Shown here one piece after another: positions 40,402 to 49,614 of a stretch of 64,000 nt of DNA. The DNA comes from Candidatus Saccharimonadota bacterium. Its GTDB lineage: Bacteria > Patescibacteriota > Saccharimonadia > Saccharimonadales > Saccharimonadaceae. Within the stretch, counting starts at the first letter, position 1, and every line of letters starts with the position of its first letter. Made by a program: the position numbers and the translations under genes. Below the pieces are notes generated by a model. It saw only the letters and a list, made by a program, of their open reading frames with translations, was not told the DNA's origin and ran no database searches. The stretch is taken from NCBI GenBank assembly GCA_017512175.1, contig JAFWHA010000015.1, forward strand, positions 7,699-71,698. The letters run 5' to 3'.

Positions 40402-40917
40402 ATGGGAAAAGAGAAAGATTTAATCCAAAGAAGTTTAGTAGTACTCAAGCCAGACGCAGTGCAGCGTGGTATCGTGGGCGAAATTATCCATCGCTTTGAG
40501 CGTGTCGGACTCAAAATTGTTGGCATGAAGATGGTGATGCCGGGAGAAGATTTATATTATAAGCATTACGAAGATGTTGGGCAGATGATTACACGACACG
40601 GAGAAGATATCTTCCGCTATAATGTAGCATACATGATGACTGGTCCAGTAATTGCAATGTGCTTAGAGGGTATAGAAGCTATCCCACTAGTGCGCAAAAT
40701 TGTCGGTCCGACAGAGCCAAAATCTGCAGACATGGGTACGATTCGTGGCGATTTTGCACACATGAGCTATGGTTATTCTGATGCTAAAAAGCAAGGAGTG
40801 CCGAATCTGGTGCATGCTTCGGCTAACCCAGAAGAAGCTAAGAAGGAATTAAAACTTTGGTTTTCTGAAGATGAATTGTATGATTACTCAGATTTGAACG
40901 AGAAATATACTCGTTAG
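40402..40917 (+). CDS. ndk: Nucleoside diphosphate kinase
   Basis: LKPDAVQR, GTIRGDF and NLVHAS motifs. Confidence 0.96.
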   Translation: MGKEKDLIQRSLVVLKPDAVQRGIVGEIIHRFERVGLKIVGMKMVMPGEDLYYKHYEDVGQMITRHGEDIFRYNVAYMMTGPVIAMCLEGIEAIPLVRKIVGPTEPKSADMGTIRGDFAHMSYGYSDAKKQGVPNLVHASANPEEAKKELKLWFSEDELYDYSDLNEKYTR

Positions 40918-40929
40918 AATTGGAAGTCC

Positions 40930-40967
40930 AAAAAAAAGGTCTGGCACTTAATCGCCAGGCCTTTTTT
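40930..40967 (+). terminator. Intrinsic terminator after ndk
   Basis: AAAAAAGGTCTGGC...GCCAGGCCTTTTTT. Confidence 0.8.
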
Positions 40968-41021
40968 GAATCGAGGAGATGATAAAAATACAACATTATT
41001 TTATTCAAAACATAAAAAGTA

Positions 41022-41030
41022 TGCTATAAT
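41022..41030 (+). promoter_or_regulatory. Extended -10 promoter (TGCTATAAT)
   Basis: Perfect TGnTATAAT; implies a start near 41035-41037, which is the first base of the structured leader. Confidence 0.7.
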
Positions 41031-41034
41031 CGGA

Positions 41035-41249
41035 AGTGGAATACCTACAGGACTGTTTGGCATATCTAGCCATCAGCGCAATTTAGACAATTTAACTATA
41101 CATTGTATAGAGTCTACTTGATCGAACGTAAAGAGGCGCTACGAGCACCACGTTGGATCAAGTGATGTTTTTATTGCGGAGTCCCGTAGGTATTCCACTC
41201 GTAGCGCCTTTTTGTATCATTACCACATGCGATACTATCAAGGCGCTAC
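41035..41249 (+). ncRNA. Candidate structured cis-regulatory leader or ncRNA of unknown family
   Basis: Nested inverted repeats 41035-41054/41180-41199 and 41116-41129/41150-41163, plus alternative pairings of 41198-41213. Confidence 0.65.
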
Positions 41250-41276
41250 CCCAGAAGGAAATCTAACGGAGGTAAC

Positions 41277-43313
41277 ATGCTAAGCAAAATAAAGAATAGG
41301 ATATCTGCTCGAGAAGTCTTGAACAGAAATGGACTAACATTGAAAGGGCATCAAAGATGGATAGTAAGCGTAGTTTCTGTATTCTTGCTAGCTTTTGTTG
41401 CTGCTTTTGTGGCTTCCTCCGTTTTTGCACCACAGAGCATCACTAATGCTGACACGCTATATTTCTACGACGATGAAGCAGGTTACAACTACACTACCTC
41501 CGTCAAGTCTGCCGATAACGTAGTAATTAACATGGAAGCAACACCTTCTGGTAATGTGGCAATCGCACATGATACTGTAACTACTATTACTAATAATCCA
41601 GATGGTTACCAGCTATATTTCTCTATGGACCGGCTAGCAGATTATGATGCTGCTCACCCTGGCAATGCACTATACAAAGATGGTAATACTACCGCCTCCC
41701 AAATGCTGAAACCGACTGCTGCAGCCGCATCTGCTCCGGCGGTGCTAGATGGTAATACTTGGGGATTTGCGATTCCGACAGGGCAGACTGGTGTTCCGAG
41801 CGCGATGGATAACTTTGACTCGACTTATTCTGATACTTCTGCTAGTATGAATAAGTTTGCCTTTACTCCACTACGCTCTTCTGCTGTTAAAGTCCAGGAA
41901 CGTTCTGGCTCTGCTACTACTACCGAAGGAGATAGCCTAGAAGTTTACTATGGTGCTAAAGCTAATCTCGCAGTAGGCTCTGGACAGTATACTGGTACAG
42001 TCAATTACTTTGTCATATCTGATACTTCTATTTCCTCCTTTGACACTATCGCAGTTAACCCTACCGTAATTAGTCCTAATGGCGGAGAAGACCTAACTAT
42101 TGTGACTAGCCTACATACTAACTATGCTTTTACTAGCTCCGATATCAACGTGACTATCACTAGCAAGACTGATAGCTCTAACTCTAAGGCTTGTACTATT
42201 ACTGACATTAATTCTGATACTGGGAATGTGAATATCGCTTGTACTACTCCAGCAATGTTTGCAGATGGCGATTACGAAGTGGAAGTAGAAATACCATCTT
42301 ATGGTAAAGACTGGACTACGGATATTACAGTAGCTTCTCCTACTCCTACTTTCTGGAATATTACTTATATGCAGGAGATGACTAAAAATATCTGTAATAG
42401 TGTTACTACTCCGGCTAAAACTGCTCAAGAGGAAGACACTAATGGCTCCCATGCAGGCTCTTCTGCTTATGTTCCGACTCGCACACTCTATGACTGGCGT
42501 GGTAAAGATGGTACTGGAAGTATCACGAACAAAGTTGCTCCAAACAGCTCTAATGCCCAGACCTATACTATCAGGAAACTCGCTGATGGTAACTGTTGGA
42601 TGACAGAAAACCTCAACCTTCCACTTTATAAGAACTACACTACTCCTGGCATGAATACGAGCTCTAGCTTAACTGCGCAGCCAGTAGAAGTGGCAGATGT
42701 TAACGGAAATATCGTTAGCCAGAGTAGGACGGACAATGTCTATGGTAATATCACTTCTGCTGGCATCTGGACTCCGGTTAAGGCCTCTAACTTAACTAAT
42801 AACGATAATACTTATGCCCTGAACGGTAATACCGCCTATAATGTCGGCAACACTGGAACGGCGGCTGCCTGGAATAACATCTGGTACTACTCTTGGTCGG
42901 CGGCGACAGCAGGAAGTGGCACAGCGAGCCTAGTAACATCTAGTGGTGATGCTCAATACTCTATCTGTCCGAAGGGCTGGAGACTGCCGACTAACTATAC
43001 TAATAGTACTTCTACTTCCGCGCAGAAATCTTGGGGCTCACTACTGAACACTTACGGTATCAATCCTGCCAACCACTCCACCACTTCCGAATACCAGATA
43101 TTAGAAGCTTTCCCATTCAACCTTCCCCGCGCCGGCTTCTTCGAAGGGGGTGCCTTCCAGAATAACGGCTCCGGCTACTGGTGGTCTTCTACTGCTCATA
43201 GTACTGCTACCCACGCTTACCTCCTGACCTTCTACACGGCGGTCGTCTACCCGCAGCACTACAACCTCAAGTACCGCGGGTTTAATGTTCGCTGCGTGTC
43301 AGCCGAAATATAG
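41277..43313 (+). CDS. Surface protein with a C-terminal Fib_succ_major (FISUMP/CLec-type) domain; probable DGR target
   Basis: SD GGAGGT; hydrophobic N-terminal segment; RKLADGNCWMTENL, YYSWSAATAG, ICPKGWRLPT, GYWWSST and GFNVRCV motifs. Confidence 0.85.
   Translation: MLSKIKNRISAREVLNRNGLTLKGHQRWIVSVVSVFLLAFVAAFVASSVFAPQSITNADTLYFYDDEAGYNYTTSVKSADNVVINMEATPSGNVAIAHDTVTTITNNPDGYQLYFSMDRLADYDAAHPGNALYKDGNTTASQMLKPTAAAASAPAVLDGNTWGFAIPTGQTGVPSAMDNFDSTYSDTSASMNKFAFTPLRSSAVKVQERSGSATTTEGDSLEVYYGAKANLAVGSGQYTGTVNYFVISDTSISSFDTIAVNPTVISPNGGEDLTIVTSLHTNYAFTSSDINVTITSKTDSSNSKACTITDINSDTGNVNIACTTPAMFADGDYEVEVEIPSYGKDWTTDITVASPTPTFWNITYMQEMTKNICNSVTTPAKTAQEEDTNGSHAGSSAYVPTRTLYDWRGKDGTGSITNKVAPNSSNAQTYTIRKLADGNCWMTENLNLPLYKNYTTPGMNTSSSLTAQPVEVADVNGNIVSQSRTDNVYGNITSAGIWTPVKASNLTNNDNTYALNGNTAYNVGNTGTAAAWNNIWYYSWSAATAGSGTASLVTSSGDAQYSICPKGWRLPTNYTNSTSTSAQKSWGSLLNTYGINPANHSTTSEYQILEAFPFNLPRAGFFEGGAFQNNGSGYWWSSTAHSTATHAYLLTFYTAVVYPQHYNLKYRGFNVRCVSAEI
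43120..43298 (+). other. Putative DGR variable region (VR)
   Basis: Abrupt switch to NNC codons at positions that are Asn (AAC) in typical CLec template repeats. Confidence 0.65.
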
Positions 43314-43426
43314 GAAAAGCTTTACTTTTTAGACTGTTCTTGCTATAATAGAGATAACTAAACATACTTGTTTCACTCTTCTTGAGGTAGGAAGAGACGA
43401 TATAAGATAAATAAGGAATATTTTAC

Positions 43427-45613
43427 ATGAATAAGCAAGAAATGGAGCGCCGTGCGCGCCTACTTAAAAATGCAAAAGAGCGTTTGCCGAGCATTAAGGA
43501 ACAGTTTGAAGAGGCCCAAAATCGCCATTTTAACAGTAATTTTGAGCCGGGTGGGAAGGATGCCCACTTAGTAGGTAAAACCGCTAAAAACGCCAAAAAA
43601 GGCGCTTCTCTGGCAAAATCCTCAAAAAATACCGCTAAAAATGGCAAGAAAGTTGCAAAAACTGCGAAAGTCGCAAATCAGGCACAAAATAAGCAAAATC
43701 AACAGAATCAAGCTAAAAACGCAGAGCGCAAGGTTAACCTTTCGGTTTCGACGAGGAAGGGAGAGATGGTGCATCATCAGAGGATGCTTTCTCAGGATGT
43801 AAATGCGCAGGCGACGCAGCACATTATCGGAATCCCTGTGAACAAGTCTAGGTATAATGGCTATGATGGTAAACAAGTTACACACGCGCAGCTTAAGAAC
43901 TCTCGTCCAGATAAGGATGCAGTGCGAATTATGCCGATTGGTGGTGTAGGGGAATTTGGCATCGGTAAGAACATGACCATTGTGGAATATAAGGGGGAAA
44001 TCGTAGTGATTGATATGGGGGTGTTGTTCGCTGGTGCAGACTATCCGGGTGTGAATTATTTAATCCCAGATATTAAATTCTTAGAAGATAACAAGGACAA
44101 AGTCAAGGCAATTCTCTTCACACATGCGCACCTTGACCATATTGGTGCTTGTAAACACTTACTGCCGAAATTTAATCCGCTAACACCGATTTATGGGACA
44201 GATTTTACGATTGGCATGATTAAAAGACAGATGTCGGAGCTAGATGAGGAGCCAGATTTGAATTATCAGGTAGTGGATCCTCTGAAGCATGAGAAATTCC
44301 AGGTGTCTGAGCATCTGTCGGTGGAGTTCATTCATACCTTACACTCGATTCCGGGGAATGCAGCGATTGTGGTGCGCACACCGAATGGGTTGATATATTT
44401 CTCTGGAGACTGGCGCCACGAGGAGAATCCAATGGGACGTCAAGCGGACTACGAGCGGATAGATGAAATCGTGAAGAATGAAGGCATTGATTTGATGGTC
44501 AATGAATCTACGAATATTGACAGTCCGGGACACCATCCACATTCTGAATATGATGTAGGAGATTCTTTTGGAACGGTGATGGATCACTACGCGAATGGTA
44601 GAATTATCGTTTCTTGTTTCTCCTCTCAGATTGCGCGTATAGAACTGGTTTTGAGAGAAGCGGCGGAGCGAGGCAGAAAAGTAGCTTTCGCTGGTTTCTC
44701 GATGATTAATAATATCGAGGTCGCGATTCGCGCCAAAGAAATCAAGGTGCCGAAAGACACCATTATGAAGATGGAAGACATTATTAAGTTGCCGGATGAC
44801 AAGATAACGATTGTCTGTACTGGCTCACAGGGTGAGCTAAATGCGGTGCTTAATCGCATGGTAACGGGAGCACATAAGTACATCAAAATTAAACCTACAG
44901 ATACGATTGTCTTCTCATCTAATCCGATTCCTGGTAATGAGCCGCATGTAGTAAATACCGTAGATGGACTACTTCGTGAGGGTGCGCAGGTGATACAGAA
45001 TGGCAAAACACACCATACTAATATCGGGCCGCTGCATCTTTCTGGACATGCTTATTATGAAGACCATGTAGATTTTGTGACCAGGCTTCATCCGACTAAT
45101 TATATGCCGTATCACGGAGAGTTTTACATGCTTGAGCATAATGCAGAGATGGCGGAGAATGTGATTGGTATTCCGAGAGATAGAATTATCGTTGCAGATG
45201 ACGGGGACGTGATAGAGCTGTTGCCGAGTAAGAAGATTCGAAAATGCGGACGAATTCAGGTGGGGAATAAACTCTATGATGATGCTGATCAGCCAGTGCA
45301 TGAAGCAGTGGTGAAAGATAGAATTCACATTTCGCGCGAAGGTATCTTCGTAATTGTGCTGACACTGAGTAAGAAGAACGGACGCTTAGTGAAGACACCA
45401 GATATCGTATCGCGAGCATTTATTTACCTTGATAATTCTGAGGAGCTGATTGGAAAGATTAGACATTATCTTAGAATGAAGACTGAACGCTCAATATCTA
45501 CTGATACGGAACTGAAGACTTTAAAAGAAGAAATCAAAGAGGATGTTACACATATCTTGTTTGATGCAACTGGCCACACACCGATTGTAATTCCAGTGAT
45601 AAATAAAGTATAA
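43427..45613 (+). CDS. rnj: Ribonuclease J with a long basic N-terminal extension
   Basis: GEFGIGKN, THAHLDHIG, HSIP, TGSQGE, HLSGHA and PYHGE motifs. Confidence 0.95.
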   Translation: MNKQEMERRARLLKNAKERLPSIKEQFEEAQNRHFNSNFEPGGKDAHLVGKTAKNAKKGASLAKSSKNTAKNGKKVAKTAKVANQAQNKQNQQNQAKNAERKVNLSVSTRKGEMVHHQRMLSQDVNAQATQHIIGIPVNKSRYNGYDGKQVTHAQLKNSRPDKDAVRIMPIGGVGEFGIGKNMTIVEYKGEIVVIDMGVLFAGADYPGVNYLIPDIKFLEDNKDKVKAILFTHAHLDHIGACKHLLPKFNPLTPIYGTDFTIGMIKRQMSELDEEPDLNYQVVDPLKHEKFQVSEHLSVEFIHTLHSIPGNAAIVVRTPNGLIYFSGDWRHEENPMGRQADYERIDEIVKNEGIDLMVNESTNIDSPGHHPHSEYDVGDSFGTVMDHYANGRIIVSCFSSQIARIELVLREAAERGRKVAFAGFSMINNIEVAIRAKEIKVPKDTIMKMEDIIKLPDDKITIVCTGSQGELNAVLNRMVTGAHKYIKIKPTDTIVFSSNPIPGNEPHVVNTVDGLLREGAQVIQNGKTHHTNIGPLHLSGHAYYEDHVDFVTRLHPTNYMPYHGEFYMLEHNAEMAENVIGIPRDRIIVADDGDVIELLPSKKIRKCGRIQVGNKLYDDADQPVHEAVVKDRIHISREGIFVIVLTLSKKNGRLVKTPDIVSRAFIYLDNSEELIGKIRHYLRMKTERSISTDTELKTLKEEIKEDVTHILFDATGHTPIVIPVINKV

Positions 45614-45654
45614 TTTGTCATTTGCTTCGAAATACTTTATAATATAGATAACGT

Positions 45655-45741
45655 CCCCGAGTGGCGGAATTGGTAGACGCGCTAGCTTCAGGTGCTAGTG
45701 TCTTTACGGATGTGCTGGTTCGAGTCCAGTCTCGGGGACCA
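45655..45741 (+). tRNA. tRNA-Leu (CAG)
   Basis: CCCCGAG/CTCGGGG acceptor stem, GGCGGAATTGGTAGACGC D-arm, loop TTCAGGT, long variable arm, 3' ACCA. Confidence 0.95.
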
Positions 45742-45847
45742 TTTTTTATGTTTTTATTTTGTGCGAGGCTTTTTGGTAGGAAATGTTGGTGGATAGTTTT
45801 TAAGTTTTATTTGCCATTAACGGTTTGGATGTGTTATACTAAGGGAT

Positions 45848-46885
45848 ATGAGACTAACTTCCAAACTTAACCGCTTGTCTCTTGTGGTTTTTGGCATAAT
45901 GATTACTGCTATGGTTTTTTCATCTGTGATGAAGGTGGTAACGTATAATACATTCGCAGAAACACCCGGTATTTCCAACGGTATTACAGAGCCACACTAT
46001 GTGACGATTCATGATCGAGGAACGAATTTGACAGTGAAGACTGCGGCGGTGACCGTAGGAGAAGCTTTGGAGAGAGCTGATATTGATGTTCTAGATACGG
46101 ATGTAGTAGAGCCAAGCAAAACTACGTTTATTAATTATGATGATTTTCATATTATTATTCGTCGGTCGAGACCGGTAACGGTTACTGATGGGCACATCAA
46201 GAGAAACGTAATGACGGTTGAATCTAATCCTAAGAAAATTGCAGAAGATGCTGGAATTTCCGTTTATGATGGTGATGAAGTCAAAATGATAATGAACAAT
46301 GATATCATGGAGACTGGACTCTCCACTGCGTATAAGATTACTAGAAATGGTGGACAGACAGCGACAGTGGAAACGGCGATTCCTTATACAGAGGAAACGA
46401 GGGAAGATAGTTCACTCGCGCAGGGCGAGACGAAGCTGATTCAGTCTGGAGAAGAAGGTAGAAAGGTCACGAAATACACTGTTAATTTCGTGAATGGAGA
46501 AGAAGTGTCACGTGAGCAAGTTTCGGAGGAAATTGTGAAAGAGCCTGTGCCGAGAATTACGGCGGTGGGCTCTAAGAAATCTGTACCACCAGAATGGGAA
46601 ACCTGTGCAGAATGGGCACGACAGGCAGGTGTGTCGGATGGTGACCTTTACAATGCGCTAACTTTGATTTATCACGAATCTGGATGTAGAGTAAGCGCTA
46701 CGAACTCCTCGTCTGGTGCGTATGGTATTCCGCAAGCTCTTCCGGGAAATAAAATGGCGGAAGTTGGCTCCGACTGGGAGACTAATCCGATAACGCAGAT
46801 TAAATGGATGGCAAAATATGTAACTGGGCGTTATGGTGGCTGGAGTCAAGCGATGAGTTATTGGTGGGAACACCACTGGTACTAG
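45848..46885 (+). CDS. YabE/RpfB-like cell-wall protein (DUF348 repeats, G5, lytic transglycosylase-like domain)
   Basis: TVGEAL...DVVEPS repeats, G5 (GEEGRK...VGSK), HESG...GAYGIPQALP; lies upstream of rsmA, the conserved arrangement. Confidence 0.85.
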   Translation: MRLTSKLNRLSLVVFGIMITAMVFSSVMKVVTYNTFAETPGISNGITEPHYVTIHDRGTNLTVKTAAVTVGEALERADIDVLDTDVVEPSKTTFINYDDFHIIIRRSRPVTVTDGHIKRNVMTVESNPKKIAEDAGISVYDGDEVKMIMNNDIMETGLSTAYKITRNGGQTATVETAIPYTEETREDSSLAQGETKLIQSGEEGRKVTKYTVNFVNGEEVSREQVSEEIVKEPVPRITAVGSKKSVPPEWETCAEWARQAGVSDGDLYNALTLIYHESGCRVSATNSSSGAYGIPQALPGNKMAEVGSDWETNPITQIKWMAKYVTGRYGGWSQAMSYWWEHHWY

Positions 46886-46950
46886 ACATTTGGCGATTTT
46901 ATTATCGTGGCGTTTGTTGCGGTGTCGAATTATGTTATAATTTAATATAA

Positions 46951-47751
46951 ATGAAGAATAACAAGAAATTAGGTCAACATTGGCTAAAAAACCGGGAAAT
47001 TTTGGAAGAAATTGCTGATTTTGCGGCTGGTTTTGATGGTGATGCTACGCTGGAGACACTAGAATCGCCGTTAAGCCACTTATGCTTAGAAATAGGGCCA
47101 GGACTAGGTACGCTAACTTCGAGCCTGCTGAGACGATTTGACAAAGTGGTGGCAGTGGAATTTGATCAAAATTTAGCGAAGAATTTACCGAAGTCTTTTC
47201 CAGGTAAGAATCTAGAGGTTATTTGCCAAGATTTTCTTAAATTTAATCTAGAGAGTTTAAGCGAGCCTTATGTAGTGGCAGGCAATATTCCATATTATAT
47301 TACTTCGCCAATTATTTTTAAGTTAATTGAGGCAAAGAAACGTCCGCAGAGAATTGTGCTTTTGATTCAGAAAGAAGTAGCTGAGAGAATTGCAGCTGGG
47401 AAGGGGAAACATACGGTATTATCTCTTTCTGTGCAAAATAGGGCAAAAGTAGCTTTAGGGCCGGTAGTTTTGAAGTCAGAATTTACGCCGCCGCCAGAGG
47501 TGGATAGCCAAGTGATAATCTTAGAGCCGTTAGAGCGACCGGTGGTTTCTGAAGAAGTAATTGCACTGATTAAGAGGGGTTTTTCATCTCCGCGAAAGAA
47601 ATTAATCAAAAATCTTGGGACAATTTCTACAGAGGAATTAAAAAATATATTTGAAAAGGTTGGGTTGAATCTTGACGTGCGTCCGGCTGAGCTTTCACTT
47701 CTTGAATGGCAAGAATTGCAACGAGAGTTGACGAGGGCTACAAAAAGATAG
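46951..47751 (+). CDS. rsmA: 16S rRNA dimethyladenosine transferase
   Basis: LGQHWL, EIGPGLG, NIPYYIT and QKEVAER motifs. Confidence 0.96.
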   Translation: MKNNKKLGQHWLKNREILEEIADFAAGFDGDATLETLESPLSHLCLEIGPGLGTLTSSLLRRFDKVVAVEFDQNLAKNLPKSFPGKNLEVICQDFLKFNLESLSEPYVVAGNIPYYITSPIIFKLIEAKKRPQRIVLLIQKEVAERIAAGKGKHTVLSLSVQNRAKVALGPVVLKSEFTPPPEVDSQVIILEPLERPVVSEEVIALIKRGFSSPRKKLIKNLGTISTEELKNIFEKVGLNLDVRPAELSLLEWQELQRELTRATKR

Positions 47752-47883
47752 TGATAGTGTAATGCTGAGCACACTTACAACAGGAATGAAAAGAATCTAA
47801 TAAAAATTGCTTGAAAAATTCTTGAAAAATTTAAGTGCAACCAGTATAATTAAATAAATGTATGTAAAAGGGAGGCTTTTCTC

Positions 47884-49599
47884 ATGAATCCGGAAGAAAA
47901 TCAAAATAATCAGAGCGCAGCACCTGCACTTAATAATGCGTTGTCTCCAGATGTTCCAGCTGCGACTGCAGGGACTCCTGCTAGTCCTGCCCCTTTTGCA
48001 TCGCCTTTAGACGGCAATTCTGGTGCGGATTCGGCTCCAGCTGTGGATTCGGCTCCAGCTGCGGATTCGGCTATATCTACAGACTCGAATACGACTACGA
48101 ATTCGGCGGCAGAGACTCCTTCGCTTGACCAAGTAGCGGCAGACTTGACTTCGGTAGCGACTCAGTCGCCAGCGGCTTTAGATGCGCCGACAGATGCAAC
48201 AGCAAGTACTCCGGATGCAGCAACAAGTGCGACAGACGGTACGGCGACGGAGCCTGCAAGTGCTCCAGACTCTTCCGTAGGCTTAGGGGCTACAGCAGCT
48301 CCAGAAACGTCAGCGGCGGGTGTTACGACTACTCCAGAGACTACATCTATAGAAACTCCAGCAACTACTCCAGAAACTCCAGCAACTACACCAGAAGCTC
48401 CAATGGCTTCGGAGACTCCAGCGGTGACTCCAGTAGCTTCGGCGACTTCGGAGACTCCAGTAACTTCAGTGACTCCAGAGACTTCAGTAGCTTCGGCGGC
48501 TCCAGAGACTTCAACGGTCACGTCGGAGGCTTCTACCACAACAGAAACTTCAGCAGCCGCAACGGACACTTTAGCAGCTGCTCCGGAAACTACTACTTCA
48601 ACGGAGCCTGCTCCTTTCGCTCCGGTCGAAACTCCAGTTATTGGACCGACATCTGATTTAGCTAATATTTCTAGCGACACTACTATTGATTCTACGCCAG
48701 TAGATACTACTTCAATAGGTGCTACTTCAACTGTAGATACTACTTCGAATTTGGATAGTTCTGTCGCTGATTCTAGTCCAGTAGAGGAAACGAATCCAAC
48801 TACTTCTACCGATTTTACTACTCCTGAGTCTACATCTTCGGCGAATTTTGTAGGAGATGCTCCAGAGGCTCCAAAACCTGCATCTTCTGATGACGAAGAG
48901 GAGCCATTGAAACCAGCCGATCCGGTCCCGGGATCTATCGGTAGTGCTTTGGTCTATTCGGATACTGCACCGGATCATGCTGCTCCTGTAACAAAACCAA
49001 AGAAACAGTCCAAGTTCGATATTAAAGGTAATATGAAATTAATCATCATAATTATTGCAGCAGTTGTGTTAGTGGCTGTAGTAGTGATAGTGTTACTATT
49101 TATAATGAATGGCAATAATTCTAGCAAGAAAGTTACGACTACTCCTGCACAAACTACGCCAGCTGCGACTGAGCCGACAGTTTCTAGTTTGACTTGCACG
49201 TTGGAGGGCGATGGAAATAGTTTTGTTAACTATGGTGCAGTAGTGAATGGTAAGGAAGATATAGTAGCGATGTATTCTGATGGAGAATTAGACAGTCTTG
49301 GTATTAACATGGCGCTTAATTATGAAAATGAAGATGCAGCTAAGAGCGGCGCGACAGCGGCTAAGAAATTTTACGAGAGTACTTTTGCTGCGAATAACTT
49401 AACTACAGATCCATTCGTTAGTTCATACGATACTAATGGCAATACTTTGACCGTTACTCATCAGGCGGATGGAGCAGATATTGATAGTACAAATGCTAAG
49501 GTTTTAGGATTATTCGTATTGCGCGGTGAGCCAATTACCGATATAGAAACCTTGCAGGATTCTTATGAGGAAGATGGCTTTACCTGCGTCGTGAAATAG
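47884..49599 (+). CDS. Single-pass membrane protein with a long Ala/Thr/Pro/Ser-rich acidic N-terminal region
   Basis: About 370 aa of low-complexity repeats (TTPETPA, DSAPA), one TM, and a C-terminal domain with two Cys. Confidence 0.8.
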   Translation: MNPEENQNNQSAAPALNNALSPDVPAATAGTPASPAPFASPLDGNSGADSAPAVDSAPAADSAISTDSNTTTNSAAETPSLDQVAADLTSVATQSPAALDAPTDATASTPDAATSATDGTATEPASAPDSSVGLGATAAPETSAAGVTTTPETTSIETPATTPETPATTPEAPMASETPAVTPVASATSETPVTSVTPETSVASAAPETSTVTSEASTTTETSAAATDTLAAAPETTTSTEPAPFAPVETPVIGPTSDLANISSDTTIDSTPVDTTSIGATSTVDTTSNLDSSVADSSPVEETNPTTSTDFTTPESTSSANFVGDAPEAPKPASSDDEEEPLKPADPVPGSIGSALVYSDTAPDHAAPVTKPKKQSKFDIKGNMKLIIIIIAAVVLVAVVVIVLLFIMNGNNSSKKVTTTPAQTTPAATEPTVSSLTCTLEGDGNSFVNYGAVVNGKEDIVAMYSDGELDSLGINMALNYENEDAAKSGATAAKKFYESTFAANNLTTDPFVSSYDTNGNTLTVTHQADGADIDSTNAKVLGLFVLRGEPITDIETLQDSYEEDGFTCVVK

Positions 49600-49614
49600 T
49601 ATATAATATATATT

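Noticed and set aside
45661-45870. 69-aa ORF
   Set aside because: Overlaps tRNA-Leu; spurious.
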